Shown here: positions 40,901 through 49,648 of the stretch, one piece after another
Numbering within the stretch: position 1 is the first letter of the stretch
How the letters are laid out: each line of letters begins with the position of its first letter
Origin: Candidatus Eiseniibacteriota bacterium
GTDB taxonomy: Bacteria; Eisenbacteria; RBG-16-71-46
Direction: 5' to 3'
DNA: 64,000 nucleotides
NCBI GenBank assembly: GCA_963776245.1
Contig: CAVZLN010000008.1
Span: forward strand, 32,001-96,000
Notes under the pieces: model-generated
Seen by the model: only the letters and a program-made list of their open reading frames with translations
Told to the model about the DNA's origin: nothing
The model's database searches: none
Position numbers and translations under genes: made by a program

Positions 40901-41255
40901 CCGAGGTCCACGATGACGAGGAGAAGTCCGGGGCCACCGAGCCCACGTACGAGGTGTTGGCGATCAGGAAGAACCCGCGCGCCGGGATGGTGGAATTGGC
41001 CGGCAGCACCGCGCGATCGCTCCACGTCGTCCCGCTCGTGGACTTGTACTGCAGCTTCCAACCGGCGATGTCGATCGCGTTGTCGGTCGGATTGTAGAGC
41101 TCCACGAACTCGTCCGTGGCCGACGCCGGCCCGCGCGTCGCGAACTCGCTGATGACCACGTGCGTGACGGCCCGGGCCCGGGGCACCGCGAGGGTGGTGA
41201 GCGCGAGGAGCGAGAGGGCGGCGAGAACACAGGATGAGCGGAGCAAGAAGCGCAT
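37947..41255 (-). CDS. Secreted multidomain protein: lamin-tail domain, OB-fold, FN3, two PLD (HKD) domains, T9SS-type/FlgD C-terminal domain
   Basis: Signal peptide; HVVISEF..DEFVELYNPT; GDSLTVTGSV.QFRGITEI; MHDKFVVID and LHHKYCIVD; TGSHNWS; QNQPNPF..LYDVQGREV..SGVYFYRL. Confidence 0.88.
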   Translation of the reverse strand: MRFLLRSSCVLAALSLLALTTLAVPRARAVTHVVISEFATRGPASATDEFVELYNPTDNAIDIAGWKLQYKSTSGTTWSDRAVLPANSTIPARGFFLIANTSYVGSVAPDFSSSSWTSGTGMADNGHERVLDAAAVEVDKVGWGTAIDPEGGVAAPNHGTSANGNSVERKANALSTAASLASGADAFLGNGQDTDVNGNDFVTQTFGRNPQNSSNGPEPPFASGGNGTGRARVDPAIVYTDRPVDLLTLAFAQDSSYTLTSLSIVVPPEWTWSHDVSSVALSGSAFLSATPSVVGDTLFITAAALSPTDSGSVSIANLTSPATKGNSTFAVRSAVAAGTLTPIVSNPRVRVLDLVPIVVVHVNDASGVAASPYGAGAEVTVTGIVTANMSDVRTDFYLQDGTAGIDIFNFSLPPFTIAAGDSLTVTGSVLQFRGITEIQAEFALLTRHATGRPVPDPLVVTCADVNATFRPDYTEPNEGRLIRINGATYNPTLSTITDPSGTTTIFIPVTYPPVPSVFDVIGILKQYKPGTPAPGPPYTADYEITPRTPDDIIAHPGPIILSTPYEDQLQPTSVRLNWTTDVASSSIVHYGLTSALGTEIVDPTPVTAHTVTVPGLTAATVYSYSVGSGDVNGTNFAPTRLFSTASPPASTGQMNVYFNKSVDTGLAWLHPANGNQDLPARLVTRLDNAKRSIDVAVYNLSGTPGATLATALVNAKNRGVKVRVICEDDNKTNAPFGTLTGSGIPLITDRFDPINYGLGLMHDKFVVIDARGGAPESTWVWTGSWNPTDPGTNNDLQNSIEIQDQSLANVYRLEFDEMWGSGTDTPNASVSRFGARKLDDTPHEFAIGGNRVECYFSPSDGVTSHIISTLNGAQHSIGFQLLTMTRSDISSALVAKHLAGVNVRGDLDSDSDSGSQYAYLIGNSVDVRLKTGVSGLLHHKYCIVDAENPAWGAATLTGSHNWSSAAENSNNENTLIVHDFDVTNQYLQEFAARYYQFGGIDSVQVGVEQFDASVPRALSLAQNQPNPFHGVTTIAYAIPVAQRVVLRLYDVQGREVRTLLDRRQLAGSYRVELDVKGAPSGVYFYRLEVGGEVRQRKMLHLR

Positions 41256-41390
41256 GGAGAGCCCCCCGGGAGGATGGGACGCGACGACCGGCGATGTGCA
41301 CGAAGTCTATCACGCGGGCGGGGGCCGGCCGAGGCCGGGGAGCCGCGGGCCCGGGCGACAGACCGCGGCCCGTGCGGTAGAGTGCCGCGC

Positions 41391-41867
41391 ATGTTCGAGC
41401 GATTCCGGCGCTTCCTCGGTCCCGCGCCCGCCGCGGACGCGGCGCGCGACGACGCGCCCGCGCCCCCGGCGGGCGCCGACCCGCTGCGCCTCGCCACCTG
41501 CGCGCTGCTGATCGAGCTGGCGCGCGCCGACGGCGAGTTCTCGGAGGTCGAGCGCGCGCACATCGCCGACATCCTGGTGAGCGATTTCGGTCTCACGCCG
41601 CGGAGCGCCCGGGAGCTGATGACCGCGGCCGACCAGTCGCTGCGCGAGGCGGTCGACCTGCATCAGTTCACCACGGTCATCAATGCGCGCTACGACGAGG
41701 ACGAGCGCCGCTCGCTCGCCGAGAAGCTGTGGCGCGTGGTGGACGCGGACGGCGTGCTCTCGCAGCACGAGACCTCGCTCATCCGCCTCATGGGCAGCCA
41801 CCTCGACCTGCCGCCGGGCGCGCTCAACGCGGCGCGGTCGCGGGCCACGGAACGCCGCACGGGCTGA
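41391..41867 (+). CDS. TerB-family protein
   Basis: ALLIELARADGEFSEVE, DLHQFT, LWRVVDADG. Confidence 0.8.
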   Translation: MFERFRRFLGPAPAADAARDDAPAPPAGADPLRLATCALLIELARADGEFSEVERAHIADILVSDFGLTPRSARELMTAADQSLREAVDLHQFTTVINARYDEDERRSLAEKLWRVVDADGVLSQHETSLIRLMGSHLDLPPGALNAARSRATERRTG

Positions 41868-41984
41868 CGGGCGAACGGTGATCCCGGGCCGCGGCGGCGG
41901 CCGACCCCGGCGCGGCTGTGCTAGATTCCGCCCCCGTCGTCCGCACGCGCCGCGCCGTCCCCTCCACCCCACGGAGAACCCGCG

Positions 41985-43351
41985 ATGTCCTGCTCGCTCC
42001 CCGCCTCCGTCCTCGCGCCGATCTCCCGCCACCTGCAGGACGTCCTGCGGGCGGACCAGGGCGCGCATCCCGGCGACGCGGGCGCGCGCCAGGCGGTGCA
42101 CACCGTGTACGGCGGCGCCCACCTGTTCCGCGCCGACATCGCGCCCAAGCTCGGGCAGCGCGCCCTGGACGCCCTCGCGGAATACGCCCCCGACGCCGCG
42201 AGCCTGGCGGGCGTGCTCGGGATCTCGCCCGCGCTGGCGCCCACCGTGTACGCGCAGGTGCTCGATAAGCTCGGGCGCGAGCCGGTCGAGGACTTCCGCA
42301 TCGACTTCGAGGACGGCTACGGCAACCGTCCCGACGCCGAGGAGGACGGCCACGCGGAGCAGGCGGCGCGCGAGGTGATCGCCGGTCTCGCGCGGGCGGT
42401 GCTCCGCCCCGTTCCTCGGCATCCGCATCAAGCCGTTCAGCGCGGAACTGTTCCCGCGCGCGGCGCGCACGCTCGATCTGTTCCTCACCACCCTGGTGCG
42501 CGCGCACGGCGGGCTGCCCTCCGGGCTTCGTGGTCACGCTGCCCAAGGTCACGCTGCCGGAGCAGGTCACCGCCCTCGCGGACGTGCTCGACACGCTCGA
42601 GCCGGCGCTCGGGCTCGCGGCGGGCACGCTGCGCGTGGAGCTCATGATCGAGACGCCGACAGTGCGGTGCTCGCGGCCGATGGCGGCGCGCGTGGCGCGC
42701 CGGCTGGTGGCGGCGGCGCGCGGGCGCTGCGGGTCGCTGCACTTCGGCACCTACGACTACACGGCGAGCCTCGGGATCACCGCGGCGTACCAGCACCTGA
42801 CGCACCCGGCATGCGATTTCGCCAAGCACGTGCTCCAGGTGTCGCTGGCGGGCACCGGCGTGGCGCTCTCCGACGGCGCCACCAACGTCCTCCCGGTGGC
42901 GCCTCACCGGGCCGCGCCGGGCGCCGCGCTCACGCCGGCGCAGTCCGAGGAGAACCGGCGCGCGGTGCACGCGGCGTGGAAGCTCCACTACGACCACGTG
43001 CGCCACTCACTCGCGAACGCCTACTACCAGGGCTGGGACCTGCATCCGGCGCAGCTGCCCACGCGCTACGCGGCGGTGTTCGCGTTCTTCCTCGAGGGGC
43101 TCGACGCGGCCGCGGCCCGGCTGGCCAACTTCGTCGACCAGGCGGCCCAGGCCACCCTGGTGGGCGACGTGTTCGACGACGCGGCCACCGGGCAGGGGCT
43201 GCTCAACTACTTCATCCGCGCCGTCAACTGCGGGGCGATCCCCGCCGGGGACGCGGCCCGCCGCACCGGGCTCACCCTCGACGAGCTGCGCGGCAGGTCC
43301 TTCCTGAACGTGCTCGAGCGCCGCCGCGGCGGGACTCAGCTGCCGCGGTAG
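41985..43351 (+). CDS. CitE/HpcH-like TIM-barrel lyase (DUF6986-like); frameshifts at about 42400-42690
   Basis: RQAVHTVYGGAHLF, EDFRIDFEDGYG, TLPKV, ELMIETP, HFGTYDY, LSDGATN, QGWDLHPAQL. Confidence 0.75.
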
Positions 43352-43677
43352 GTCGAGTAGCCGTAGGGTGCGACGAGCAGCGGCACGTGCAGGCGCTCGC
43401 CCGCGCGGCGCACGCGGAACGTCACGCTCGCCTCGGGATGGAAGCACTCCCCGCCGCGCTCCGCGAAGTAGGGCTCGAGCGCGAACACCAGCCGGTACAC
43501 GCCGGGCTCGGCGGGCTGGCCGGCGGGGAGCAGGGTGCGCAGCCGGCCGTCGTCGTCCGTGCGACCTTCTCCCAGCGGACGCCACGCGGCGCCTTCCTGC
43601 CGCTCCAGCCGCACCCCGACACCCGCCGCGGGATGGCCCGCGGCGAGGTCCAGCACGTGGGTGGTGATCGCGCTCAT
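43336..43677 (-). CDS. uraH: 5-hydroxyisourate hydrolase
   Basis: ITTHVLD, TDDDGR, HVPLL, C-terminal YSTYRGS signature. Confidence 0.92.
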   Translation of the reverse strand: MSAITTHVLDLAAGHPAAGVGVRLERQEGAAWRPLGEGRTDDDGRLRTLLPAGQPAEPGVYRLVFALEPYFAERGGECFHPEASVTFRVRRAGERLHVPLLVAPYGYSTYRGS

Positions 43678-45242
43678 GGGGTCTCCTCCCGTCCGGTGAC
43701 CATGCGGCGCAGGCGCCGCGCCGCGATGCGACGTTCCTCGCGCACCGCGTTCTCGAACTCCTCGCCCGGCGACAGCGCGCTGCGGCGCTCGAGCTCGGCC
43801 AGGATCTCGCGCGCGCCACGCCCGGCCGCGGCGATCAGGAACACGTGGCCGAAGCGCTCCTCGTAGCGCCGATTCCCCGCCGCGAGCGCCCGGCTCACGC
43901 GGTCGTCCGCGTCGTGCGCGGCCGACTGCTCGGCGGCCGAGAACGAGCGCTCGCGCGCGTCGGCCTGCGCGGCCTCGCGGGACTCGCCGATGCGCGGGTG
44001 GGTGGCGAAGCACGCGAGCCAGTCCTCGCGCGTCAGCGCGCCGGCGGCGCTCTCCGCGGCGGCGAGCAGCGCGGCGAGATCCGCGTACGGGCGCGCCGCG
44101 AGCACGCGCTCGGCCCAGCGCTCGCCGCCCACGCAGGCGCGCAATGCGGCGGCGGCCGGGCCCGGCGCCAGCGCGCCGAGCCAGCGCAGGCCGAGTTCGG
44201 CGCGGCCGCGCTCGGTCAGCGTGCCGAACAGCCGCAGCCTCGCCACGCCGCCGTCGGGCAGGATGCGCAGGCGCGCCGCGCGCGCCGGGCCGGCGGCGAG
44301 CAGGCGGCGCGCGAAATGGTGGCGCCGGTGCGCGCGCACGCGGACCTCGGGGAGCAGGGCTCGCCAGGGCGCTCCCGTCACCGACGCCTGGTCCAGCGCG
44401 GCGACCTCCGCGGCCACCTCGATCGCCACCTGGCCCGGGGCGTTGCCCTTGAAGTGGGAGGTGTCCACCACCGCGTGCTCGATCACGCCCTCGGCCGCCA
44501 GCTTCACCAGCGCCCAGTCGTGGCCGGGACCGCGGCGGCGGCGCGTCTCCCAGCCATCGGCCATCCCGCGGCTCGCGCCCGGCAGGACGAGGTGATGGCG
44601 GCTGCCGAAGAACTCGTCGCTCGCCGCGGTCACCGCGGCGCCGTGGGCGAGCGCAGCGAGGTCCACCAGGCCGCGCGTCTCGCGCAGCGTGCCGGGCTCC
44701 GGGAGGGGCTCGCCGTGCACGCGCAGGCGTGCCACGCCGCCGTCGGGGTAGATGCGCAGGCGCAGGTGGCTGAAGCGCCAGGGGACATCGAGAGCGAACC
44801 GGTTGCGAGTGTCCCCCGCGAGCGGCGCCTGGGGCAGGATCTCCTCCCACGCGCACGGCGCGCTCTCGAGCCACTCCAGCGGCGCGTCGGCGGGGGCATC
44901 GCAGGCCTCGATCGAGCACGCCGCCGGGAAGTTGCCGCGGAAGAAGCGGGTGTCCACCACCACGCCGTGGATGCGGCCCGCGAGGCCGAGGCGGATCAGG
45001 CACCAGTCGTGCCCCGGAGTGCGGCGGCGGCGCGTCTCCCAGCCGTCCATCCACTTGCCGCGCGCGGTGTACGCATCGGCGCGCCAGCGGGGCTCGTCGG
45101 CCCGCAGCAGACGCTGGCGCGGCGCGAAGAAGTCGTCGTTGGCGGCGAGTGCCACCGCGCCGATGCGCGCCGAGGCGAGGTTCACCAGGCGCTCGAAGGC
45201 GGCCGGCAGATCCTGCGGCGGGGCCGCGGACGGATCGATCAT
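43674..45242 (-). CDS. alc: Allantoicase fused to C-terminal OHCU decarboxylase
   Basis: Two allantoicase repeats (NDDFF/SDEFF, DGWETRRRR, PDGGVARLR), then UraD motifs HPRIGE, SAAEQS, NRRYEERFGHVFLI, IAARRL. Confidence 0.9.
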   Translation of the reverse strand: MIDPSAAPPQDLPAAFERLVNLASARIGAVALAANDDFFAPRQRLLRADEPRWRADAYTARGKWMDGWETRRRRTPGHDWCLIRLGLAGRIHGVVVDTRFFRGNFPAACSIEACDAPADAPLEWLESAPCAWEEILPQAPLAGDTRNRFALDVPWRFSHLRLRIYPDGGVARLRVHGEPLPEPGTLRETRGLVDLAALAHGAAVTAASDEFFGSRHHLVLPGASRGMADGWETRRRRGPGHDWALVKLAAEGVIEHAVVDTSHFKGNAPGQVAIEVAAEVAALDQASVTGAPWRALLPEVRVRAHRRHHFARRLLAAGPARAARLRILPDGGVARLRLFGTLTERGRAELGLRWLGALAPGPAAAALRACVGGERWAERVLAARPYADLAALLAAAESAAGALTREDWLACFATHPRIGESREAAQADARERSFSAAEQSAAHDADDRVSRALAAGNRRYEERFGHVFLIAAAGRGAREILAELERRSALSPGEEFENAVREERRIAARRLRRMVTGREETP

Positions 45243-46666
45243 GTTCTCTCCAGCAGCCGGCCACGTGCCGGTCCGATGCTGTGACCGTCGGAGTATACGG
45301 GCTCGCCGGCCAGGTACGTGGCCCGCACCACGCCGCGCACCCGCCGCCCCGCGTACGGCGTGTGCGGATGGCGGAAGCGGAGCCGGGCGGGCTCCACCTC
45401 CCACTCGGCGTCGGGGTCGAACACCACCAGATCGGCGTCGCGTCCGGCCACGATGGCCCCCTTGGCGGCCTCCAGCCCGGCGAGGCGCGCGGGCCCCGCC
45501 GACAGCCAGCGCACCACCTCGGCGAGCGGCACGCCGCGACGGCGCGCCTCGGTCCACACCAGCGGGAGCGCCAGCCCGAGCGAGGCGATCCCTCCCCACG
45601 CGCGCAGGAAGTCGCCGGTCCCGAGGTGCTTCGCCGCGGGCGGGCTCGGGGAATGATCGGTCACCACCGCGTCCAGCACGCCACCGCCGAGGGCCGCCCA
45701 CAGGGCCTCGCGATCCGCCGCGGAGCGGATCGGCGGCGCGCACTTGCAGAGCGTGTCGCCGTCGGCGATGTCCTCGGCGGCGAACACCAGGTGGTGGGGA
45801 CAGGTCTCGGCGGTCACGCGCACGCCCTCCGCCCGCGCGGTGGCGAGGAGCTCGAGCGCCGCGGCCGAGGAGACGTGCACGACATGCACGCGCGCCCCGG
45901 TGCGGCGCGCCCCGGCGATCAGCCGCGCCACCGCCTCGGTCTCGGCCGCGACCGGTCGGGTGGCGAGCCAGGTGGCGTGGCGCCGGGGATCGCTCGCCGC
46001 CGGCGCGGTGGCGAGCGCGGCCGGCCACTCGGCGTGCACCAGCAGCACGGTGCCCAGTGCGGCGGCCTGCTCGAGCGCCACCGCCAGCGCGGGCGCGTCG
46101 AGCGGAGGGAACTCGGCGACCCCGGAGTCGCAGAGGAACGCCTTGAAGCCGAACGCCCCCGCGCGATGGAGCACGGCGCGCGAGTCCTCGTTGCCGGGCA
46201 CCGCGCCCGCCCACAGGCCCACGTCCACGTGGATCCGGCCGCGCGCCGCGTCGCGCTTGGCCTCGAGCGCCGCCACGTCGGTGACCGCGGGAATGCTGTT
46301 GAGCGGCATGTCGAGCAGCGTGGTGACGCCGCCCGCGGCCGCGGCCCGGGTCGCGGAGTCGAAGCCCTCCCACTCGGTGCGCCCCGGCTCGTTGATGTGC
46401 ACGTGGGTGTCGGTGAGCCCCGGCAGGAGCACTGCGTCACCGGCGTCGATCAAACGCGCGCCGGCGGGCAGGTCATCGTGCGCGCCGAGCCTCTCGATGC
46501 GCCCATCGCGCACGTGCACCGTGGCGGCACGTTCGCCCGCGCCCACCAGCACCCGGCGCGCGCGGAAGACGGTCGCGGCGGCGGGCGCGGCCGGCCCGCT
46601 CGTGGCGGGGGCTCGCGCGGGCCCGGCTGGTGGGCCGGAGCCGGCGGGTCGTGAGCGGGAGGTCAT
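45239..46666 (-). CDS. allB: Allantoinase (start approximate)
   Basis: DTHVHINEPGRTEWEGF, DMPLNSIP, GFKAF, HAE, ETCPH, KCAPPIR, TDHSP, AWGGI. Confidence 0.92.
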   Translation of the reverse strand: MTSRSRPAGSGPPAGPARAPATSGPAAPAAATVFRARRVLVGAGERAATVHVRDGRIERLGAHDDLPAGARLIDAGDAVLLPGLTDTHVHINEPGRTEWEGFDSATRAAAAGGVTTLLDMPLNSIPAVTDVAALEAKRDAARGRIHVDVGLWAGAVPGNEDSRAVLHRAGAFGFKAFLCDSGVAEFPPLDAPALAVALEQAAALGTVLLVHAEWPAALATAPAASDPRRHATWLATRPVAAETEAVARLIAGARRTGARVHVVHVSSAAALELLATARAEGVRVTAETCPHHLVFAAEDIADGDTLCKCAPPIRSAADREALWAALGGGVLDAVVTDHSPSPPAAKHLGTGDFLRAWGGIASLGLALPLVWTEARRRGVPLAEVVRWLSAGPARLAGLEAAKGAIVAGRDADLVVFDPDAEWEVEPARLRFRHPHTPYAGRRVRGVVRATYLAGEPVYSDGHSIGPARGRLLERT

Positions 46667-46841
46667 GACCCGGCAGGAAAGCATCGCCTCGCGAGCACCG
46701 TCAAGGCCGGGGCGCGGCACGGGCCCCGCGGCCGGCGCGCGGCGCGCCCGGCCGCGGCGGGATCGGGCGGCGAGCGCCGTTCTTCCCGGCGGCGCATTCC
46801 GCCGGTGCGCGGACCGCGGTCGTACGGTAGTCTCGCGCCCC

Positions 46842-48050
46842 ATGTCCCTCCACGAGTGGCTCAACCTCGCCCTGCGGTGGACCCATCTCATCGCCGGCAT
46901 CGCCTGGATCGGCAGTTCGTTCTACTTCATCTGGCTCGACCAGCATCTCGAGAGCGCGAGTGCCGCGGGCGACGTGGAAGGCACGCTGTGGATGGTGCAC
47001 AGCGGCGGCTTCTACCGCGTCGAGCGCCGCCGGGTAGGCCCGGGGCAGATGCCTTCGAGGCTCCACTGGTTCAAGTGGGAAGCGGCCATCACCTGGATCT
47101 CCGGCGTGGCGTTGCTGGTGGTGGTGTACTACGCCACCGGCGGCCTCTACCTGCTCGACCCGGCGCGCTCGGGCCTCGGCGTCGGTGCCGCGGTGGCGCT
47201 GGGCATCGGCACGCTCGTGGCGGGGTGGTTCGTGTACGACGCGCTGTGGCGGTGGGGTGAACGCGGCCACGAGCGCGCGGCGCTGGCGCTCTCGCTGGCG
47301 CTGCTGGCGGCGGTGGCCTACGGGCTCTGCCACGCGCTCTCCGGGCGCGCGGCGTTCCTGCACATGGGCGCGCTGCTGGGCACGCTGATGGCCGCCAACG
47401 TGTGGGAACGCATCCTGCCCGCGCAGCGCCGCATGGTGCGCGCCGCCGAGCGCGGCGAGGAGCCCGACCTCGCGGACTCGCGCCAGGCCAAGCGGCGCTC
47501 GGTGCACAACAGCTACCTCACCTTTCCCCTTCTGTTCATGATGCTGAGCACGCACTACCCGGGCACCTGGGCGTATCCGCAGAGCGCGCTGGTGCTACTG
47601 CTGATGACCGTCGTGGGCATGAGTGCCCGCCACCTCATGATCGGCGGGCCGCGCCGGCGCCGGGCGTGGCTGCCACTGGCCGCGGCGGCCGCGGCCGCGG
47701 TGGCGCTGGTGCCCTCGGTCGCGCTGCTGCCGCGCCATCGAGTGGCGACCGCGGCGGTGGCGCCCGACGCCCCGGCGTTCGCCGAGGTGCAGGCGGTGGT
47801 GCGCGCACGCTGCATCGCGTGTCACTCGCGGCAGCCGCGCCTGGCCTACTTCGGCGCCGCCCCGGGCGGCGTGAGCTTCGACGATCCCGCGGTGCTGCGC
47901 CGCTACGCCGCGCGCCTGCAGGCGCGCGTGGTCGAGACCCGCACCATGCCGCTCGAGAACATGACCGGCATGACCGACGAGGAGCGCGCGCTGATCGCGC
48001 GCTGGATCGCGGCGGGTGCGCCCGGGGACGAGCCCGCGCGCGGGCGTTGA
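46842..48050 (+). CDS. puuD: Membrane urate hydroxylase with C-terminal cytochrome c
   Basis: RWTHLIAGIAWIGSSFYF, WMVHSGGFY, LHWFKWEA, RSVHNSYLT, CIACH, TMP..N.TGMT..ER. Confidence 0.9.
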   Translation: MSLHEWLNLALRWTHLIAGIAWIGSSFYFIWLDQHLESASAAGDVEGTLWMVHSGGFYRVERRRVGPGQMPSRLHWFKWEAAITWISGVALLVVVYYATGGLYLLDPARSGLGVGAAVALGIGTLVAGWFVYDALWRWGERGHERAALALSLALLAAVAYGLCHALSGRAAFLHMGALLGTLMAANVWERILPAQRRMVRAAERGEEPDLADSRQAKRRSVHNSYLTFPLLFMMLSTHYPGTWAYPQSALVLLLMTVVGMSARHLMIGGPRRRRAWLPLAAAAAAAVALVPSVALLPRHRVATAAVAPDAPAFAEVQAVVRARCIACHSRQPRLAYFGAAPGGVSFDDPAVLRRYAARLQARVVETRTMPLENMTGMTDEERALIARWIAAGAPGDEPARGR

Positions 48051-48061
48051 GCGGACGCGCC

Positions 48062-48877
48062 ATGGATCGCACGGAGGAGGGGCCTCCCGCTCCCGTCGAA
48101 CCCGCGCCCGAGGAGCCCGACGAGGTCGCGCCCGACCCCGATGAGCCGCCGCCAGTCGAACTGTGGTCGGCGGTGGGGGACGTCACGCCGTGGGGCACCA
48201 CCCTGATCCTGCTGACCTGGGCCGCGGTGTTCGCCACCCTCGCGTTCCGGCGCCAGGTCGGGGACGACTTGGCCTATCTCGCGTGGGGCGCCAGCGCCAC
48301 CGGATTCGACTTGCCCGACAGCGCGTGGCGGCTGCTGGCCTCCACCTTCGTGCACGCGGGTGCGGCGCACGTGTTCTTCAATGCCACCAGCATGATGATC
48401 ATGGGCCCCGCGGTGGAGCGCGTGTTCACGCGCTGGGCGTTCTGGGTGGTGTGGGCGCTGGGCGGCGGCGCGGCCTCGCTCGCGAGCCTGGCGTGGCGAG
48501 CGAGTCAGGCGGGCGGCGGGTACAGCCTGAGCGTGGGCGGCTCGGGAGCGATCTTCGCCCTCGGCGGCGCGATGCTGATGGCCGCGTTCCGGCTGCGGCA
48601 CCGGCTGGCGCCGACGCGGGCACGGGCCCTCGCCGCGGCGCTCCTCTTCCTGATCGCGCCCGCGCTCGCGGCGGGCTTCACGCGGCTCGGCACCGACAAT
48701 GCCGCGCACGCCGGCGGATTGGTCGCGGGCGCGGCGCTCGGCGCCCTGCTCCCCGTGAGCCCGGGCCTCGGCGGGCCGCGCCCGGGGCTCGCGCTGCGCG
48801 GGCTCGCGACGCTTTGCGTGCTCGCGCTCGCCGCGTCACTGGCGCTCGCCGTCCGCGGCGGGCTGGGATGGGGATGA
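48062..48877 (+). CDS. Rhomboid intramembrane serine protease
   Basis: WRLL..FVH..HVFFN, GGSGAIF, AHAGG. Confidence 0.85.
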   Translation: MDRTEEGPPAPVEPAPEEPDEVAPDPDEPPPVELWSAVGDVTPWGTTLILLTWAAVFATLAFRRQVGDDLAYLAWGASATGFDLPDSAWRLLASTFVHAGAAHVFFNATSMMIMGPAVERVFTRWAFWVVWALGGGAASLASLAWRASQAGGGYSLSVGGSGAIFALGGAMLMAAFRLRHRLAPTRARALAAALLFLIAPALAAGFTRLGTDNAAHAGGLVAGAALGALLPVSPGLGGPRPGLALRGLATLCVLALAASLALAVRGGLGWG

Positions 48878-48938
48878 ATCGAACCGGCGCCATCCCTATC
48901 CAAAGCGGCGTGGGTCGATCGCGCGCGTGGAGGACGAC

Positions 48939-49514
48939 ATGAAGCTGGGCGGGTTGGCCGGGGCCCTCGTGGCGCTGGCACTGACAGGGTCGGGCACGCC
49001 GGCGATCGCCGGTGGAGGGGGGCAGGTGACGGATGGCATCCTGGGCTTCCGGGTGAAGACGGCGGCGGGCGGCGAGCAGAGCCTCGGCGACTTCCGCGGC
49101 AAGACGCTGCTGGTGGTCAACACCGCTTCGAAGTGCGGCTTCACCCCGCAGTACAAGTCGCTCGAGGCGCTCTACGAGAAGTACAAGGATCGCGGCCTGG
49201 TGGTGCTGGCGTTCCCGGCCAATGACTTCCTGCACCAGGAGCCGGGCACCGACGCCGAGATCCAGAGCTTCTGCAGCCTGAAGTACGGCACGACCTTCCC
49301 GGTGTTCGCGAAGATCAGCGTGAAGGGCCGGCACATGGCGCCGCTCTACGCCTATCTCACCCGGGACTCCGGGTTCGCGGGCGACATCGAGTGGAACTTC
49401 ACCAAGTTCCTCGTCGGCCCCGACGGCAGGGTGGTGGCGCGCTTCGGGCCGAAGATCGATCCGCTCGCGGACCAGGTCACCGAGCGGATCGCGGCGCTGC
49501 TGCCCGCGAAGTAG
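48939..49514 (+). CDS. Glutathione peroxidase (Cys type) with signal peptide
   Basis: VNTASKCGFTPQY, FPANDF..QEPG, WNFTKFLV; GGAGG RBS. Confidence 0.9.
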   Translation: MKLGGLAGALVALALTGSGTPAIAGGGGQVTDGILGFRVKTAAGGEQSLGDFRGKTLLVVNTASKCGFTPQYKSLEALYEKYKDRGLVVLAFPANDFLHQEPGTDAEIQSFCSLKYGTTFPVFAKISVKGRHMAPLYAYLTRDSGFAGDIEWNFTKFLVGPDGRVVARFGPKIDPLADQVTERIAALLPAK

Positions 49515-49648
49515 CGACCGCGGGCCCCGGGCGTCGGCGCGTGAACGCCGGTGGCCACCGGCACCCGCCGGCCCCGGCTCGGGCGGCACCGCTTCCCGGC
49601 GAGGTTTCGATTCCCCGGGATCGCCGCGTGTCGTAGTGTGCGCGCACC

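Noticed and set aside
41391..41867. TerB, or the SWIM-SNF2 gene, as an anti-phage defence island
   Set aside because: Both are isolated and common as stand-alone genes; no other defence genes are adjacent.
49130..49140. Selenocysteine in the glutathione peroxidase
   Set aside because: The active-site codon is TGC (Cys).
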